Assembly (NCBI GenBank): GCA_965248435.1
Contig: OZ252100.1
Coordinates: 2,144,001-2,208,000 of the forward strand
Length of the DNA stretch: 64,000 nt
Direction: 5' to 3'
Source: Candidatus Latescibacterota bacterium
Lineage (GTDB): Bacteria > Latescibacterota > UBA2968 > GCA-2709665
The notes below the pieces were generated by a model. The model saw only the letters and a program-made list of their open reading frames with translations. It made no database searches and was not told the DNA's origin. The position numbers were made by a program, and so were the translations under genes. Positions within the stretch are counted from its first letter, which is position 1, and every line of letters starts with the position of its first letter. Below, piece after piece: positions 38,049 to 48,095 of this stretch.

Positions 38049-39053
38049 CTAGCCCTTCAGAGACGTCGCATACTTCAGCTCAAGGTCGGGCCGGCCGTCG
38101 TCAAACTCCAGAACAACCGACGGCGTGATATTGGGATACTCACGCTTCAGGAGATCGAACGTCTCCTGGAGAACCTCCACCTTTTCTTGTGCATCAAGAT
38201 GATCCCACGTCCGAGACCGAATCCGAAACCTTCGGATCCTGGCCTGGTCCATCAGAACCTGGTGCGCTTCCCGCCCTCTCAATTCTACGTCGACGGAAAG
38301 ATAGACTTCCGGATTGATCTCTCGAAGGTCACGGTTGAAGGCCTTGACTTCCGGCCATCTCCGAGCGATCTGTTGCCGAGGGTCTTCCTCGCGCTGCCAC
38401 CCGTCGTTCCAGTCGCCTCGAAGATCGATCTTCCCGACCACCGGATCCCTGCCCGGTACGAGCGCCAGCGACTGACCCACCGAAACGGTTCTCGCACCTT
38501 TCCAACCCTGCTCCGCACCCCCGTTGCCGGGGAAGGTCACCTTTGCCAGCCCATCATAGACGGACACGACGGATGAATCTGATTTCGGAATATGAATCCG
38601 GAAAACGGCGTCCTCTGCGAACCCCGAAGCAACGGAACTCTCCAGAACAATCCCGCCCTGTTCGTCATTCCACGGACTCACTTCTGCCCAGACAGATCCC
38701 TGCTCTACCCGACCACCCCGGCGTCCCCCTTCCAGCAGCGTGAGCCCGGTCTCGCGATCCAGCCGGAAGCGTCCCCGGCCGTCCCATAGAAGGAGCTCGG
38801 CTCGGCCCTCGGCGGTCCGGATCGCGTCCCCCGGCACCAGCACCTCTCCCAATCGCGCGTCCTGCCAGGTTCCCTCCTGTTTCTGCACTTCTACCTTTCC
38901 CTGAATAAACGAAATGGATGCCGAGCCGGGTAAAGGTTTCTTCTCAGCAGTCCGGGCCCTCGTCTGCCCCGGACGCAGCGGCAGGTAGGCGCAAAAACCA
39001 AGCAGAAAAAGGGAAAACAGGAAGGTTGGAAGCAGAAATTGTCTGGATCTCAT
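38049..39053 (-). CDS. FecR-domain protein
   Basis: N-terminal membrane segment; GKVEV..W..A..G..L.PGDAIRTAEGRAELL, VSVYDG motifs. Confidence 0.7.
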   Translation of the reverse strand: MRSRQFLLPTFLFSLFLLGFCAYLPLRPGQTRARTAEKKPLPGSASISFIQGKVEVQKQEGTWQDARLGEVLVPGDAIRTAEGRAELLLWDGRGRFRLDRETGLTLLEGGRRGGRVEQGSVWAEVSPWNDEQGGIVLESSVASGFAEDAVFRIHIPKSDSSVVSVYDGLAKVTFPGNGGAEQGWKGARTVSVGQSLALVPGRDPVVGKIDLRGDWNDGWQREEDPRQQIARRWPEVKAFNRDLREINPEVYLSVDVELRGREAHQVLMDQARIRRFRIRSRTWDHLDAQEKVEVLQETFDLLKREYPNITPSVVLEFDDGRPDLELKYATSLKG

Positions 39054-39370
39054 TTGACCATCCGATTGATTTCAGAGGGCTTACCCCTCTCTTCTTTCTA
39101 TCGGCGGCCGGGTCTGTAGCCTTTACTCACACGCGAGTAATGTATCTCGTATTATGTATCTCGTATCTCTTGTAACTATAACCCCTTAGAGTCAAAATAA
39201 TCCCTGGCCTGCGGTCCAGTCTGCCCAACGGGCAGACTTTCCATTCAAAAAGCGCGGGAATTTATTCCCGCGCGGTGGGGATTCAGGGTCGCGCCATCAA
39301 TCTGGGCGAACACAATGTTCGCCCTACGCCCTGTTTCGGCGTCCTCTACCCCAATCCCCAATTTGATTCT

Positions 39371-39590
39371 GCGGTACCCGGTACCCGTGTGTTGGTTCCC
39401 CGGTACCCGTGTGTTGGTTCCCTCGGTACCCGCGTGTGTTGGTTCCCCGGTACCCGTGTGTTGGTTCCCTCGGTACCCGTGTGTGTTGGTTTCCCGGAAC
39501 CCGTGTGTTGGTTCCCCGGTACCCGTGTGTTGGTTCCCCGGTACCCGTGTGTTGGTTCCCCGGTACCCGTGTGTTGGTTTCCCGGTACCC
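39371..39590. repeat. Tandem array, 9 units of 22-24 bp, consensus GGTACCCGTGTGTTGGTTCCCC
   Basis: Read directly; related to the 1505-1745 array. Confidence 0.97.
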
Positions 39591-39675
39591 TTTTTTTCCC
39601 GGCCTTCCTTGATACAAAAAAGGCCCGATCCCTGAGGACCGAGCCCGCGAAATCCTTGGAAATCCCTGGTTGTTG

Positions 39676-40476
39676 CTAATCGGACCCATCCAGCGCCTCG
39701 ACGAGGCGGGAAGCAATCGATCGATATGCGCTTGCCGGCCCGGAATCCGGTTCTGCCAGGGTCACGGGCGTCCCCGAGTCTCCGCACGACCGTATATTGA
39801 TGTCCAGGGGGATCTCTCCGAGAAGCGGTACCTCGAACCGCTCCGCCACACGCGCCCCGCCACCGTGGCCGAAGATCTCCGTCGCCTTCCCACACTTTTT
39901 ACAGATGTAGGCGCTCATGTTCTCGATCACGCCCAGTACAGGCACCTCGACGGTCCGGAACATCTGGACGCCTCTCCGGACATCTTCCAGCGCGACGTCC
40001 TGCGGCGTGGTCACGATCACCGCGCCGTCCAGCGGTGCCGATTGGGTCAGCGTGAGCTGCACGTCTCCGGTCCCTGGCGGCAGGTCGACCAGAAGATAAT
40101 CCAGCGGCGCCCACACAACGTCGTGGAGGAACTGTATCACCATCTTGGTCAGCATCGGACCTCGCCAGATCACCGGCATCCCATCTCCGGCGATCAGTCC
40201 AAGCGAGATGAACTTCACCCCGTGCCGCTCCAGAGGAAGCATCTTGCCCGTCTCGCTCATTTCAGGGCGTTCTTTCAGCCCCATCATGATCGGCACGTTC
40301 GGCCCATAGATGTCCGCGTCCATCAGTCCAACCTGCGCACCCTGCTTCGCCAGCGCCACAGAGAGGTTTGCCGCTGTCGTGGACTTACCCACCCCCCCCT
40401 TGCCGCTTGCCACGGCCACGACGCGTTTGACCCCGGGAATCGGGGGACGTTGGACCGAACTCGCATCTGCGTTCAA
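39676..40476 (-). CDS. mrp: Mrp/NBP35 (ApbC) Fe-S cluster carrier ATPase
   Basis: ASGKGGVGKST, DADIYGP, WRGPM, VDLPPGTGD, ENMS..CKKC. Confidence 0.93.
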   Translation of the reverse strand: MNADASSVQRPPIPGVKRVVAVASGKGGVGKSTTAANLSVALAKQGAQVGLMDADIYGPNVPIMMGLKERPEMSETGKMLPLERHGVKFISLGLIAGDGMPVIWRGPMLTKMVIQFLHDVVWAPLDYLLVDLPPGTGDVQLTLTQSAPLDGAVIVTTPQDVALEDVRRGVQMFRTVEVPVLGVIENMSAYICKKCGKATEIFGHGGGARVAERFEVPLLGEIPLDINIRSCGDSGTPVTLAEPDSGPASAYRSIASRLVEALDGSD

Positions 40477-40646
40477 ATCATCAGTCCTTATGATCTAAGG
40501 TTCAGTTTCCAAGCGAGGCGAAATATACGGGAGACGCCCCAAAACGTCAACCCCTTCAAGTGCAATGGAAACAAAGTATTTGTGCCTGTCAAACCGAGCC
40601 TTCTATATTTGATCTCTCTCAGATTTCCACTGCGCAAGGACAGCTA

Positions 40647-42848
40647 ATGGTTCAGACCGTTTTCAAATATCGCCTCTTGCTGGCGGCTATCCTGCTGGCG
40701 GCCGCGGGCCTTCGCCTCTTCAACCTGGATTACGACCTCCCCGAGGTCTATGAAGAAGCTACGCCCATGATTCAGGCGCTCGAGATGTGGGCCTCGGAAG
40801 ATGAGCCATTCGACTTCAATCCTCACTTTTTCAATTATCCCTCCCTCTACTTCTACATCCAGTTCCTCGGCCAGGCGATCTACTACGGCGCAAACGTGCT
40901 GACCGGGCGGTTCTCCTCCACACACGACATGCTGGCGTTTCACGGGCAAGACCCCTCCGAGCTTGTTTTGTTGGCCAGGCTGATCACCGCCCTCTTCGGC
41001 GTGGGTGCCGTTTGGGCGGTCTATCTACTGGGCTGCCGGCTGTCGGGACCCAACACGGGCCTGATCGCTGCGGCGGCTCTAGCTGTACTGCCTACCCACG
41101 TCGCCGCCAGCCGGACCATTCTGGTCGATACGCCGCTCGTCTTCTTTGTTGCCCTGGCGCTTCGGGGCATTCTTCAGGTCCTTGATAGCGGCCGGCGGAC
41201 CCACGCCCTGTTGTCCGGCCTCTGGATCGGTCTGGCCGCCTCATCCAAGTACACGGGTGCCCTGCTCGTTTTGCCACTGGTCGTGGTCTTCGCGCTCCGG
41301 ATCCACCGGGCGGGCGCCAAGCCGTGGGCCACTCCAAGACTGATCGATCTGTGGATCGGAATCGGCACAGCGGCCTTCGCGTTTCTCGTGACCAGCCCCT
41401 ACTGCCTGCTCGACTTCAAGGCCTTCTGGGCGGATCTCTCATATGAACGCGCCCACATGACCATCGGGCATTTTGGCACGGACTCCGGGTCGAACCTCTG
41501 GCCCTATGCTGGGGTCTTTTGGGGGAATTTTGGGATTTGGCTTGGCCCGTTCGTGCTCGCGGGTGTGGTTTTACTCCTTCTGCGCCTGAGGGAACAAACC
41601 CGGTGGCAGCCTTTGCTGGCCTTCTGCTTTTTCTACACAGGCGTGATCCTCACCTGGTCTGCACAGGCCGGACACTATCTGCTTCCTGTCTTTCCCTGTC
41701 TTGCTCTGTTCGCTGCCGGGAGTATTTCTGCGCTCTCCAGGCATTTGAGCCGGCCCACCCGGCAAGCCAGGAGCCTGATGCAAGTGTCGCTTCTGCTTTC
41801 GCTGCCCATCGGAATCGGGACGGCCCTGGACGTGACGTCTTACACCGAGAGGGATCCGCGGACCGAAGCCAAGGCCTGGGTCGAAACACACCTTGCTCCC
41901 GGCACGATCTTCGCCATGGAGTTTCATACACCCAACCTATCGGAGCCGACCTACACGACCGTGCGCATTCCTATGTATGTGATTCAGCCTGACCTTTCAG
42001 CACCCTTCTATGATCTGAGATGGTACGCAGACATCGACTATATCGTTACCAGCAGTTCGGTCCGGCACCGGTACAAATCGGATCCAGAACGGTTCAACAG
42101 GCAGGCCTCGTTCTACGATTCCTTAGAAAAAGAAATGACCCTTGTTGCCGAATTCCCCGGCAGCGGTACGTTCGGTCCGACCATCAAGATTTTTCACAAC
42201 CCCAGGCGTGCTTCACGCTCCCCGGATGCCAGCATCGACTCAACGCTCTATTCTAGGCTCGATCAAAGTTCGAACTTGGGCGACACCAACGTCCCGATTT
42301 TTCTGCGTTCACTCAGAGATGCATTCGATCAAAAAGGGTGGTATGCAAAAGCGGCGGATGTGGGCAGGTGGCTGATCCGCCTCACGCCCGATCCCTCCAT
42401 TTATGACCTGGATAACCTGGCCCACATCGCCCTGAAACAGGGCGACATAAGCGGCGCCATCCAGAGCTGGAAACAGGCCATTCAATTCGACAGCACGGCT
42501 GCCAGCGCATACACGAACCTCGGTGTGGCGTATGCACGAAATGGGGAGTTCGACCGCGCTGTAGCAGTTTTAGAGCAAGGACTGGACCTGGCCTCTGAAT
42601 CTTCCAACCTCTTTATCAATCTGGCGAGGCTCTATAAACTCAAAGGTCGGTTCGAGGACGCAGAGACAGTCTTTTCCAGGGTGATCCGCCTGCAGCCGGA
42701 AAATGTCGAGGCCGCAATCGAACTGGCAGAGATCTATCGGAACCAGGACCGGCCTGAAAAGGCCGTGGAAGTACTCAACGCCGCACTCCGTGTAGCGCCC
42801 GATCGCGAGGAAGTTCGCAGCCAGCTCGAGGAGCTCTTGGGAAAATAG
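40647..42848 (+). CDS. GT-C (ArnT/PMT-like) glycosyltransferase with C-terminal TPR repeats
   Basis: YEE..., FNPHFFNYPSL, GLAASSKY, multiple TM segments; TPR motifs such as AYTNLGVAY; likely start ATG 40647. Confidence 0.85.
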   Translation: MVQTVFKYRLLLAAILLAAAGLRLFNLDYDLPEVYEEATPMIQALEMWASEDEPFDFNPHFFNYPSLYFYIQFLGQAIYYGANVLTGRFSSTHDMLAFHGQDPSELVLLARLITALFGVGAVWAVYLLGCRLSGPNTGLIAAAALAVLPTHVAASRTILVDTPLVFFVALALRGILQVLDSGRRTHALLSGLWIGLAASSKYTGALLVLPLVVVFALRIHRAGAKPWATPRLIDLWIGIGTAAFAFLVTSPYCLLDFKAFWADLSYERAHMTIGHFGTDSGSNLWPYAGVFWGNFGIWLGPFVLAGVVLLLLRLREQTRWQPLLAFCFFYTGVILTWSAQAGHYLLPVFPCLALFAAGSISALSRHLSRPTRQARSLMQVSLLLSLPIGIGTALDVTSYTERDPRTEAKAWVETHLAPGTIFAMEFHTPNLSEPTYTTVRIPMYVIQPDLSAPFYDLRWYADIDYIVTSSSVRHRYKSDPERFNRQASFYDSLEKEMTLVAEFPGSGTFGPTIKIFHNPRRASRSPDASIDSTLYSRLDQSSNLGDTNVPIFLRSLRDAFDQKGWYAKAADVGRWLIRLTPDPSIYDLDNLAHIALKQGDISGAIQSWKQAIQFDSTAASAYTNLGVAYARNGEFDRAVAVLEQGLDLASESSNLFINLARLYKLKGRFEDAETVFSRVIRLQPENVEAAIELAEIYRNQDRPEKAVEVLNAALRVAPDREEVRSQLEELLGK

Positions 42849-42885
42849 AGAGGGTGTGGTGACGGGCGGCAGAAGAAAAGGAGGA

Positions 42886-44004
42886 TCAGCTTCTTTTCGT
42901 CTCGCTGACGCACTCGGCCAGGAGAGGAATGCCTTCCTTAATCTCATCCAGTGTAGCGAACGCGAAGGCAAGCCGTATGTAAGGAACGGGTCGTTCGTAG
43001 ACGTGGAAGTCACTGCCCAGACCGTATTCGACACCTTTCGTCTCGGCCAGCGCCTCGCACGCTTTCGGTTCAACGTCGTCAGGAATCTTTACCCAGATGA
43101 ACAGCCCGCCCTTGGGTCGGCTGAACCATTCGAAACAATCCGGAAACGCCCCTAGCATCGCGAACATCAGGTCCCGTTTCTCCTTCACGACCGCGTTGAT
43201 CTCCTTCAGATGTTCCCGCATCTCCTCTCGAAGATACTCATAGACGATCGCGGAGCTCAGGGCACTGGTTCCACCGTCTCGTCGGTAGTTCAGAATCTTA
43301 TCGAGCAGCGGCTGCGGGGCACAAAAGTATCCGAGCCTGACGCCCGGACCCAGGATCTTGGAAAGCGATTCGATGTGAACCACCGGGGTTTCGTGTTCCA
43401 GGGTACAGAGCGCCGGCACGTGGCTGGGTTCATAGACCGTGTCGGCGTAGCAGTGATCCTCCACTACGGGAACCTCGAAACGATCTGCAATCGACAGCAG
43501 TTCGCGTCTGCGGTCGATCGGCATGATGCTTCCGGTTGGATTCTGATAGGTCGGGAGCGTATAGATGAATTTGGGTTTCTTGTCGCGCGCGCACAGGTCC
43601 TTCACCCGTTCCTCGAGGGCGTCCATCCGCATTCCATCCTCATCTTGCGGGATACCGACCAGCTCCGCCTTCTCCTTTCTGTAGGCATCCAGCGTGCCGG
43701 AGTAGCTGAACTCCTCCAGAATGACCACATCTCCCGGAGACTCGACGAAGGCCTGAACCATCAGCGTAAGCGCCTGAAAGGACCCGGTCGTGAGTGCGAT
43801 CTGATCCACCGGCAGGCTCACTCCCTCCCGTCTTCGAAAACGCTCCGACATCAACTCCCGAAGCGGCTCGTATCCAAGGCTGCCGGGATACATGGCCAGC
43901 TCGCCTCCCATCTCGGGGAGGATTCGCGCGGCCGCATCAGCCAGACCCCGGTTCGGGAACGTCTCCGGGTCTGGCCTTCCGCTGGAAAAGGGATATGTTT
44001 TCAT
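42886..44004 (-). CDS. PLP-dependent aminotransferase, class I/II (MocR/LysN-like)
   Basis: YTLPTYQNPTG, EDHCY, SLSKILGPGVRLG, PKGGLFIW. Confidence 0.9.
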   Translation of the reverse strand: MKTYPFSSGRPDPETFPNRGLADAAARILPEMGGELAMYPGSLGYEPLRELMSERFRRREGVSLPVDQIALTTGSFQALTLMVQAFVESPGDVVILEEFSYSGTLDAYRKEKAELVGIPQDEDGMRMDALEERVKDLCARDKKPKFIYTLPTYQNPTGSIMPIDRRRELLSIADRFEVPVVEDHCYADTVYEPSHVPALCTLEHETPVVHIESLSKILGPGVRLGYFCAPQPLLDKILNYRRDGGTSALSSAIVYEYLREEMREHLKEINAVVKEKRDLMFAMLGAFPDCFEWFSRPKGGLFIWVKIPDDVEPKACEALAETKGVEYGLGSDFHVYERPVPYIRLAFAFATLDEIKEGIPLLAECVSETKRS

Positions 44005-44097
44005 CGTTACGGCTTTCCCTCGTTCGTGGATCGTCCCCTCGACACATTCGACTCGCTTCGCTCGGGACAGGCGTTCGTTGTTCGCAAACAAAAAAGC

Positions 44098-44123
44098 GAG
44101 ACGCCCCGGTGGGGCGTCTCTAC
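44098..44123. repeat. GTAG-type REP-like palindrome
   Basis: GAGACGCCCCGGTGGGGCGTCTCTAC. Confidence 0.8.
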
Positions 44124-44208
44124 GGAAATGGTATGGCTTCATACGACGTCTTTTCAATCCGCAATCCCAAATCCGCAATCCACAATTGATTCACGATTCA
44201 CGCTCTTA

Positions 44209-45795
44209 CTAATAGCCTTTCTCGCGTCCCCCAAGCCGCGGATCGATCACGGCGTGGAGTTCCCCCGAATCTGTGACCTCGATCGCTCGCACCTTGGCGG
44301 CCGCCAGTCCCTTGCGGAGTTTATACCCGACCTCTTTGAGGTATGCCGGCGCCGTTTCGCCGAACTCCTCCTCCATGATCGCCCACTCATTCCCTTCCGC
44401 GTGGACTCTTGGCGCCGAAATCGCCCAGGCCAGGTCCTCCTCCATGCAGAGACACCGTGCCAGAACCTGAAGAAGGGACGTCGAGATTCGCGTTCCGCCG
44501 GAACCACCGATCGTCATCACGGGCTGTCCATCTCCAAGGATGATGACCGGGCACATGTTATTGATAGGAATCTTTCCGGGGGCAATGGAGTTGGGCAGGC
44601 CGGGTCCCGGATCGAACCGGGACATCCCGGAGTTCATCAGCAGGCCCATCCTCGGAATCGTGACGAAGGATCCATAGCCCGGTCCGTGCGTAAAGGTCAG
44701 CGAAACCATGTTTCGATCCGCATCCACCACCGAGATGTGGGTTGTACCTCCCGACCCCGGGGGTCTCATCAGACACTGTCCGCGCGTACCCTCGGATACG
44801 TGACCTGAAACTTCCTCTCCCGTGGCCTTCAAATGGGCGTCGGACAGCAGTCGCTCGCGAGGAACCTGGACCTTGCTGGGGTCGCCGAAGTGCCGATAGC
44901 GATCCAGCCACGAAGCACGTATCGCCTCGACCATCCCGTGGGCAAAGCGCCCCGTATCTCTCGCCCAATGCCCCAGGTCGGCCACCTCCGCGATGCGGAG
45001 CATCTGCAGCAGACTGAGGCCATTGTGGCAGAGCGGAGCTGCATAGAGGTCGTAGCCGGCGCAAGACCCGACTACCGACTCCACCACTCGGGGGCGATAT
45101 GCCTCGAAATCTTCCTTGGTAAGGATGCCCCCATTCTCCTGCAGATAGGTTGCGATTCGATCGGCAATTCTGCCCTTGTAGAACTCCTCGGTCCCTTTGT
45201 TGGAGATCTGCTCCAATACCTTCGCCAGATGGCTGTTCTTCACACGGTCGCCCGACTTCGGAAGCTCGTCCCCCACCTGAAGGAGTTTCTCTGTCTCAGG
45301 AAACATACGTATGCGCCGCTCGTATTCCTCAACGTGCCCCGCATAGGAGGCAGAGATCCTGAACCCGTTCTTGCACGCACGAATGGCCGGGGCCAGCGCG
45401 TCACTCATCGAAAGGGTGCCGAACCTCTCCAGGGCCAGATTCAGCCCGGCAAGCACACCCGGCACAGATATCGCAAGAGGGCCCACCTCATTTACACGGT
45501 CCTTCACAAACGATCCGGAACGGCCGTCAGAACTCACAACGGGGAACATGTTCGGCTTGGCAGCGAGCGGCGCTGCGGTATTGAAATCGATGCAGGTTAC
45601 TTCTCCGTTCATGTAGACCAGCATGACGCCGCCATAACCGCCAATACCGCACTGTGACGGCATCACCACGCTGGAGAGCAGGGCCGTGGTCACGGCGGCA
45701 TCGACCGCGTTTCCCCCCTTTTTCAGCACGCTGAGTCCTGCGCTGTCCGCCTCCGGCTGCCCCACAATCGCAGCCTGTTCAAACATCGCTGACAA
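44209..45795 (-). CDS. ggt: Gamma-glutamyltransferase family protein
   Basis: GGNAVDAAV, GIGGYG, catalytic TTHISVVD, GGSGG, APRVH. Confidence 0.9.
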   Translation of the reverse strand: MSAMFEQAAIVGQPEADSAGLSVLKKGGNAVDAAVTTALLSSVVMPSQCGIGGYGGVMLVYMNGEVTCIDFNTAAPLAAKPNMFPVVSSDGRSGSFVKDRVNEVGPLAISVPGVLAGLNLALERFGTLSMSDALAPAIRACKNGFRISASYAGHVEEYERRIRMFPETEKLLQVGDELPKSGDRVKNSHLAKVLEQISNKGTEEFYKGRIADRIATYLQENGGILTKEDFEAYRPRVVESVVGSCAGYDLYAAPLCHNGLSLLQMLRIAEVADLGHWARDTGRFAHGMVEAIRASWLDRYRHFGDPSKVQVPRERLLSDAHLKATGEEVSGHVSEGTRGQCLMRPPGSGGTTHISVVDADRNMVSLTFTHGPGYGSFVTIPRMGLLMNSGMSRFDPGPGLPNSIAPGKIPINNMCPVIILGDGQPVMTIGGSGGTRISTSLLQVLARCLCMEEDLAWAISAPRVHAEGNEWAIMEEEFGETAPAYLKEVGYKLRKGLAAAKVRAIEVTDSGELHAVIDPRLGGREKGY

Positions 45796-45816
45796 CGTCC
45801 AACGCCCCTCTCTTCA

Positions 45817-45851
45817 CAAAAAAAGGGGCCCCTGTAGAACGCACGGGGCCC
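45817..45851 (-). terminator. Intrinsic terminator upstream of ggt
   Basis: Minus strand GGGCCCC-gtgcgttctaca-GGGGCCC followed by a T tract. Confidence 0.7.
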
Positions 45852-46038
45852 AACTATCCCTTTAGCAAGGTTCCTGACCCGTAATGATGTTCTGACCTGC
45901 CCCCCGACCAGCCAGTAAGAATCACGCCGATGATCACCTGTTCTAAGAACTTACACGATTCGCCCCCGTTTCTGCGACCCGAAAGCGATTAGCGAGACTA
46001 AACCACAGTTTTCATGATATCCCCAGCCAATCGGGCGG

Positions 46039-47088
46039 TCAAGGACTTTCTCCGGTCAGGGAATCGTAGTCCAGCACGACCTTGACGGCCCCATCCTTTC
46101 GGTCTGCAAACAGTTCGTATGCCCTCTGCACCTCCTCAAATGGGAGGACATGTGTAACGATCGGAGAAACATCGATGCGACCTTGAACGATCATATCTCG
46201 AGCGAGCGAGAAATTGGGGATCACATCGGGCCCGACGCTTCCGATAAGAGTCAAATTTTTCCGGTAGAACTGGGCATACGGAAAGTTCTCGTAGACTGCG
46301 ACGTCCGGAACTCCGAACGCCACGAGCGTTCCCAGGTTCCGAACCAGTTTCATGCAGAGCCCGACCGTCTCGGTCTGGTGTCCCACCGCCTCGAACACGA
46401 TGTCCGCCATCTTTCCGTCCGTCATCTCTCGCACGGCCGTTACTGGATCCTCTTTGTCCGTGTTGATCGTGTGGGTGGTCCACATCTTCCGAGAGACATC
46501 TAATCGGTAGTCCAGCTTATCGACACCGATGATCGACCTCGCCCCAAGGTTGCTCAGCATGTGCGAGATCAACAGCCCCATCGGCCCCTGGCCGACAACG
46601 ACGGCATTCACGTCCACCAGAGATCCCAATTTCTGAAAGGCCCAGATCACGGTGCCCAACGGTTGAGCGATCACGATCTGCTCGGGGGGCACCCTGTCTC
46701 GAGGTAGGAGAATGGCGTCACCTTCGCCTGTGCAGAAGAACTGTGCGGCCCCGTCGAAGGCCGGGGGCTCCGCCAGAACAAAGTCCCCTTCCTTGAACTT
46801 GGACGAGGTGGACTCTACCACCGTCCCGACGCATTCGTGCATGGACTGCCCGGGCCGCAGGGGATAGGGGTTCGCGCCATCGAACTCGGCGAAGGGCCCA
46901 AGGAGATCGCCTCCGCTGGCGTTACTTTGTGCGGCAAGGTCGTATGAGAACAGGGGGATGTCAGACCCGCAGATCGCGGCGCGCACGAGGCGCACTTTGA
47001 TCATTCCGCGGGGGGCCCCGTTTAGCGTCGGTTCTTCCACATCAACGATCTCGAACGTCCTGGGGGCCACGATCTGGGCTGCCTTCAT
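46039..47088 (-). CDS. Zinc-binding medium-chain dehydrogenase
   Basis: ICGSD, HECVG, VVGQGPMG, VFEAVG; no four-Cys structural zinc loop. Confidence 0.88.
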   Translation of the reverse strand: MKAAQIVAPRTFEIVDVEEPTLNGAPRGMIKVRLVRAAICGSDIPLFSYDLAAQSNASGGDLLGPFAEFDGANPYPLRPGQSMHECVGTVVESTSSKFKEGDFVLAEPPAFDGAAQFFCTGEGDAILLPRDRVPPEQIVIAQPLGTVIWAFQKLGSLVDVNAVVVGQGPMGLLISHMLSNLGARSIIGVDKLDYRLDVSRKMWTTHTINTDKEDPVTAVREMTDGKMADIVFEAVGHQTETVGLCMKLVRNLGTLVAFGVPDVAVYENFPYAQFYRKNLTLIGSVGPDVIPNFSLARDMIVQGRIDVSPIVTHVLPFEEVQRAYELFADRKDGAVKVVLDYDSLTGESP

Positions 47089-47097
47089 CGTCCCTCC

Positions 47098-47964
47098 CTA
47101 TCCTTTCACCGCCGGCTCGTCCAGGCTCTTTGCGAGGCACTCGATCATCTCCTCCAGATTCCCAGTCGGTACATCCGCACCGCTCACCATCCGGTAGATA
47201 TCCGCCGCGCCGTGATAGATCCGCGGTGTCATCCCCAGGTCCCCGAACGTCTTCGCGATCTCTTCCATCTCCCCGATCCAGCGTCCCGCCTTGCTCGGCA
47301 TCCCCGTCAGGCCCTCGATCGACTTATAGCGTCCCGATTGGCTCAGCTTGAATTCTGCGACCAGATCATCGTAAAGCCCCATCCGCTTCGCCGCCACCAT
47401 CAACTCGGTGCACAGCGCGGCGGTCCCCTTGGTGAGCGCGGCATACGTCATCTTGAGCCCGGAGGCCTGGCCGATCTGATTCCCCACGGGGCGAATGTCC
47501 AGCCCATGTTCAGAGAGCGACGCAAACGCCGTTACGTCCGGTCCGGAGGTGTAGAATCGTGTCTTACCCTCCTGTCTCGGCGGCGGGCCGATGATGCCCG
47601 CATCGACGAAAATGCTCCCTGCCGCGGTGATGATCTCTCCCATCTGTCTCGCCGTCGCGGGGGCCACCGCGTTGCAGTCGACGTAGACGACGCTCTCGTT
47701 GGCTTGAGTCAGGACCTCCGCGACTTCACGGGTGACGCCGATCGCCTCTGACGGGACCATGATGGACAGGATCAGGCCCGCCTCTTTGACGAGCTCGCGG
47801 GTGTCCGAAACCGCTTCGATCCCCGCCGCTTCGGCGCGTTCGCGAGTGCGGTCGCTTCGTCCTTCCAGACAGGTGAGCACCGGCATCCCGTGATCGATCA
47901 GCACCTTGCCGACCACGTGTCCCATCTCTCCGGGGCTCAACAGTCCGACTCGCTCTAAGGTCAT
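47098..47964 (-). CDS. NAD(P)-dependent oxidoreductase (6PGD/3-HIBADH-like, DUF1932)
   Basis: GLLSPGEMG, YVDCNAVAP, DAGIIGPPP, ASGLKMTYAALTKG, RWIGEMEEIA. Confidence 0.88.
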   Translation of the reverse strand: MTLERVGLLSPGEMGHVVGKVLIDHGMPVLTCLEGRSDRTRERAEAAGIEAVSDTRELVKEAGLILSIMVPSEAIGVTREVAEVLTQANESVVYVDCNAVAPATARQMGEIITAAGSIFVDAGIIGPPPRQEGKTRFYTSGPDVTAFASLSEHGLDIRPVGNQIGQASGLKMTYAALTKGTAALCTELMVAAKRMGLYDDLVAEFKLSQSGRYKSIEGLTGMPSKAGRWIGEMEEIAKTFGDLGMTPRIYHGAADIYRMVSGADVPTGNLEEMIECLAKSLDEPAVKG

Positions 47965-48095
47965 TGCATCCGCTCCTTCAGGCTAATCAGTCTTCGCTGA
48001 CATCTGAAATCCCCCTCAATCCCCCTTTTTCAAAGGGGGAAGAATTTGTTCATGGATGGGTACTCTTTCAGAAGGTAATCTCCCCCCTTTAGCAA

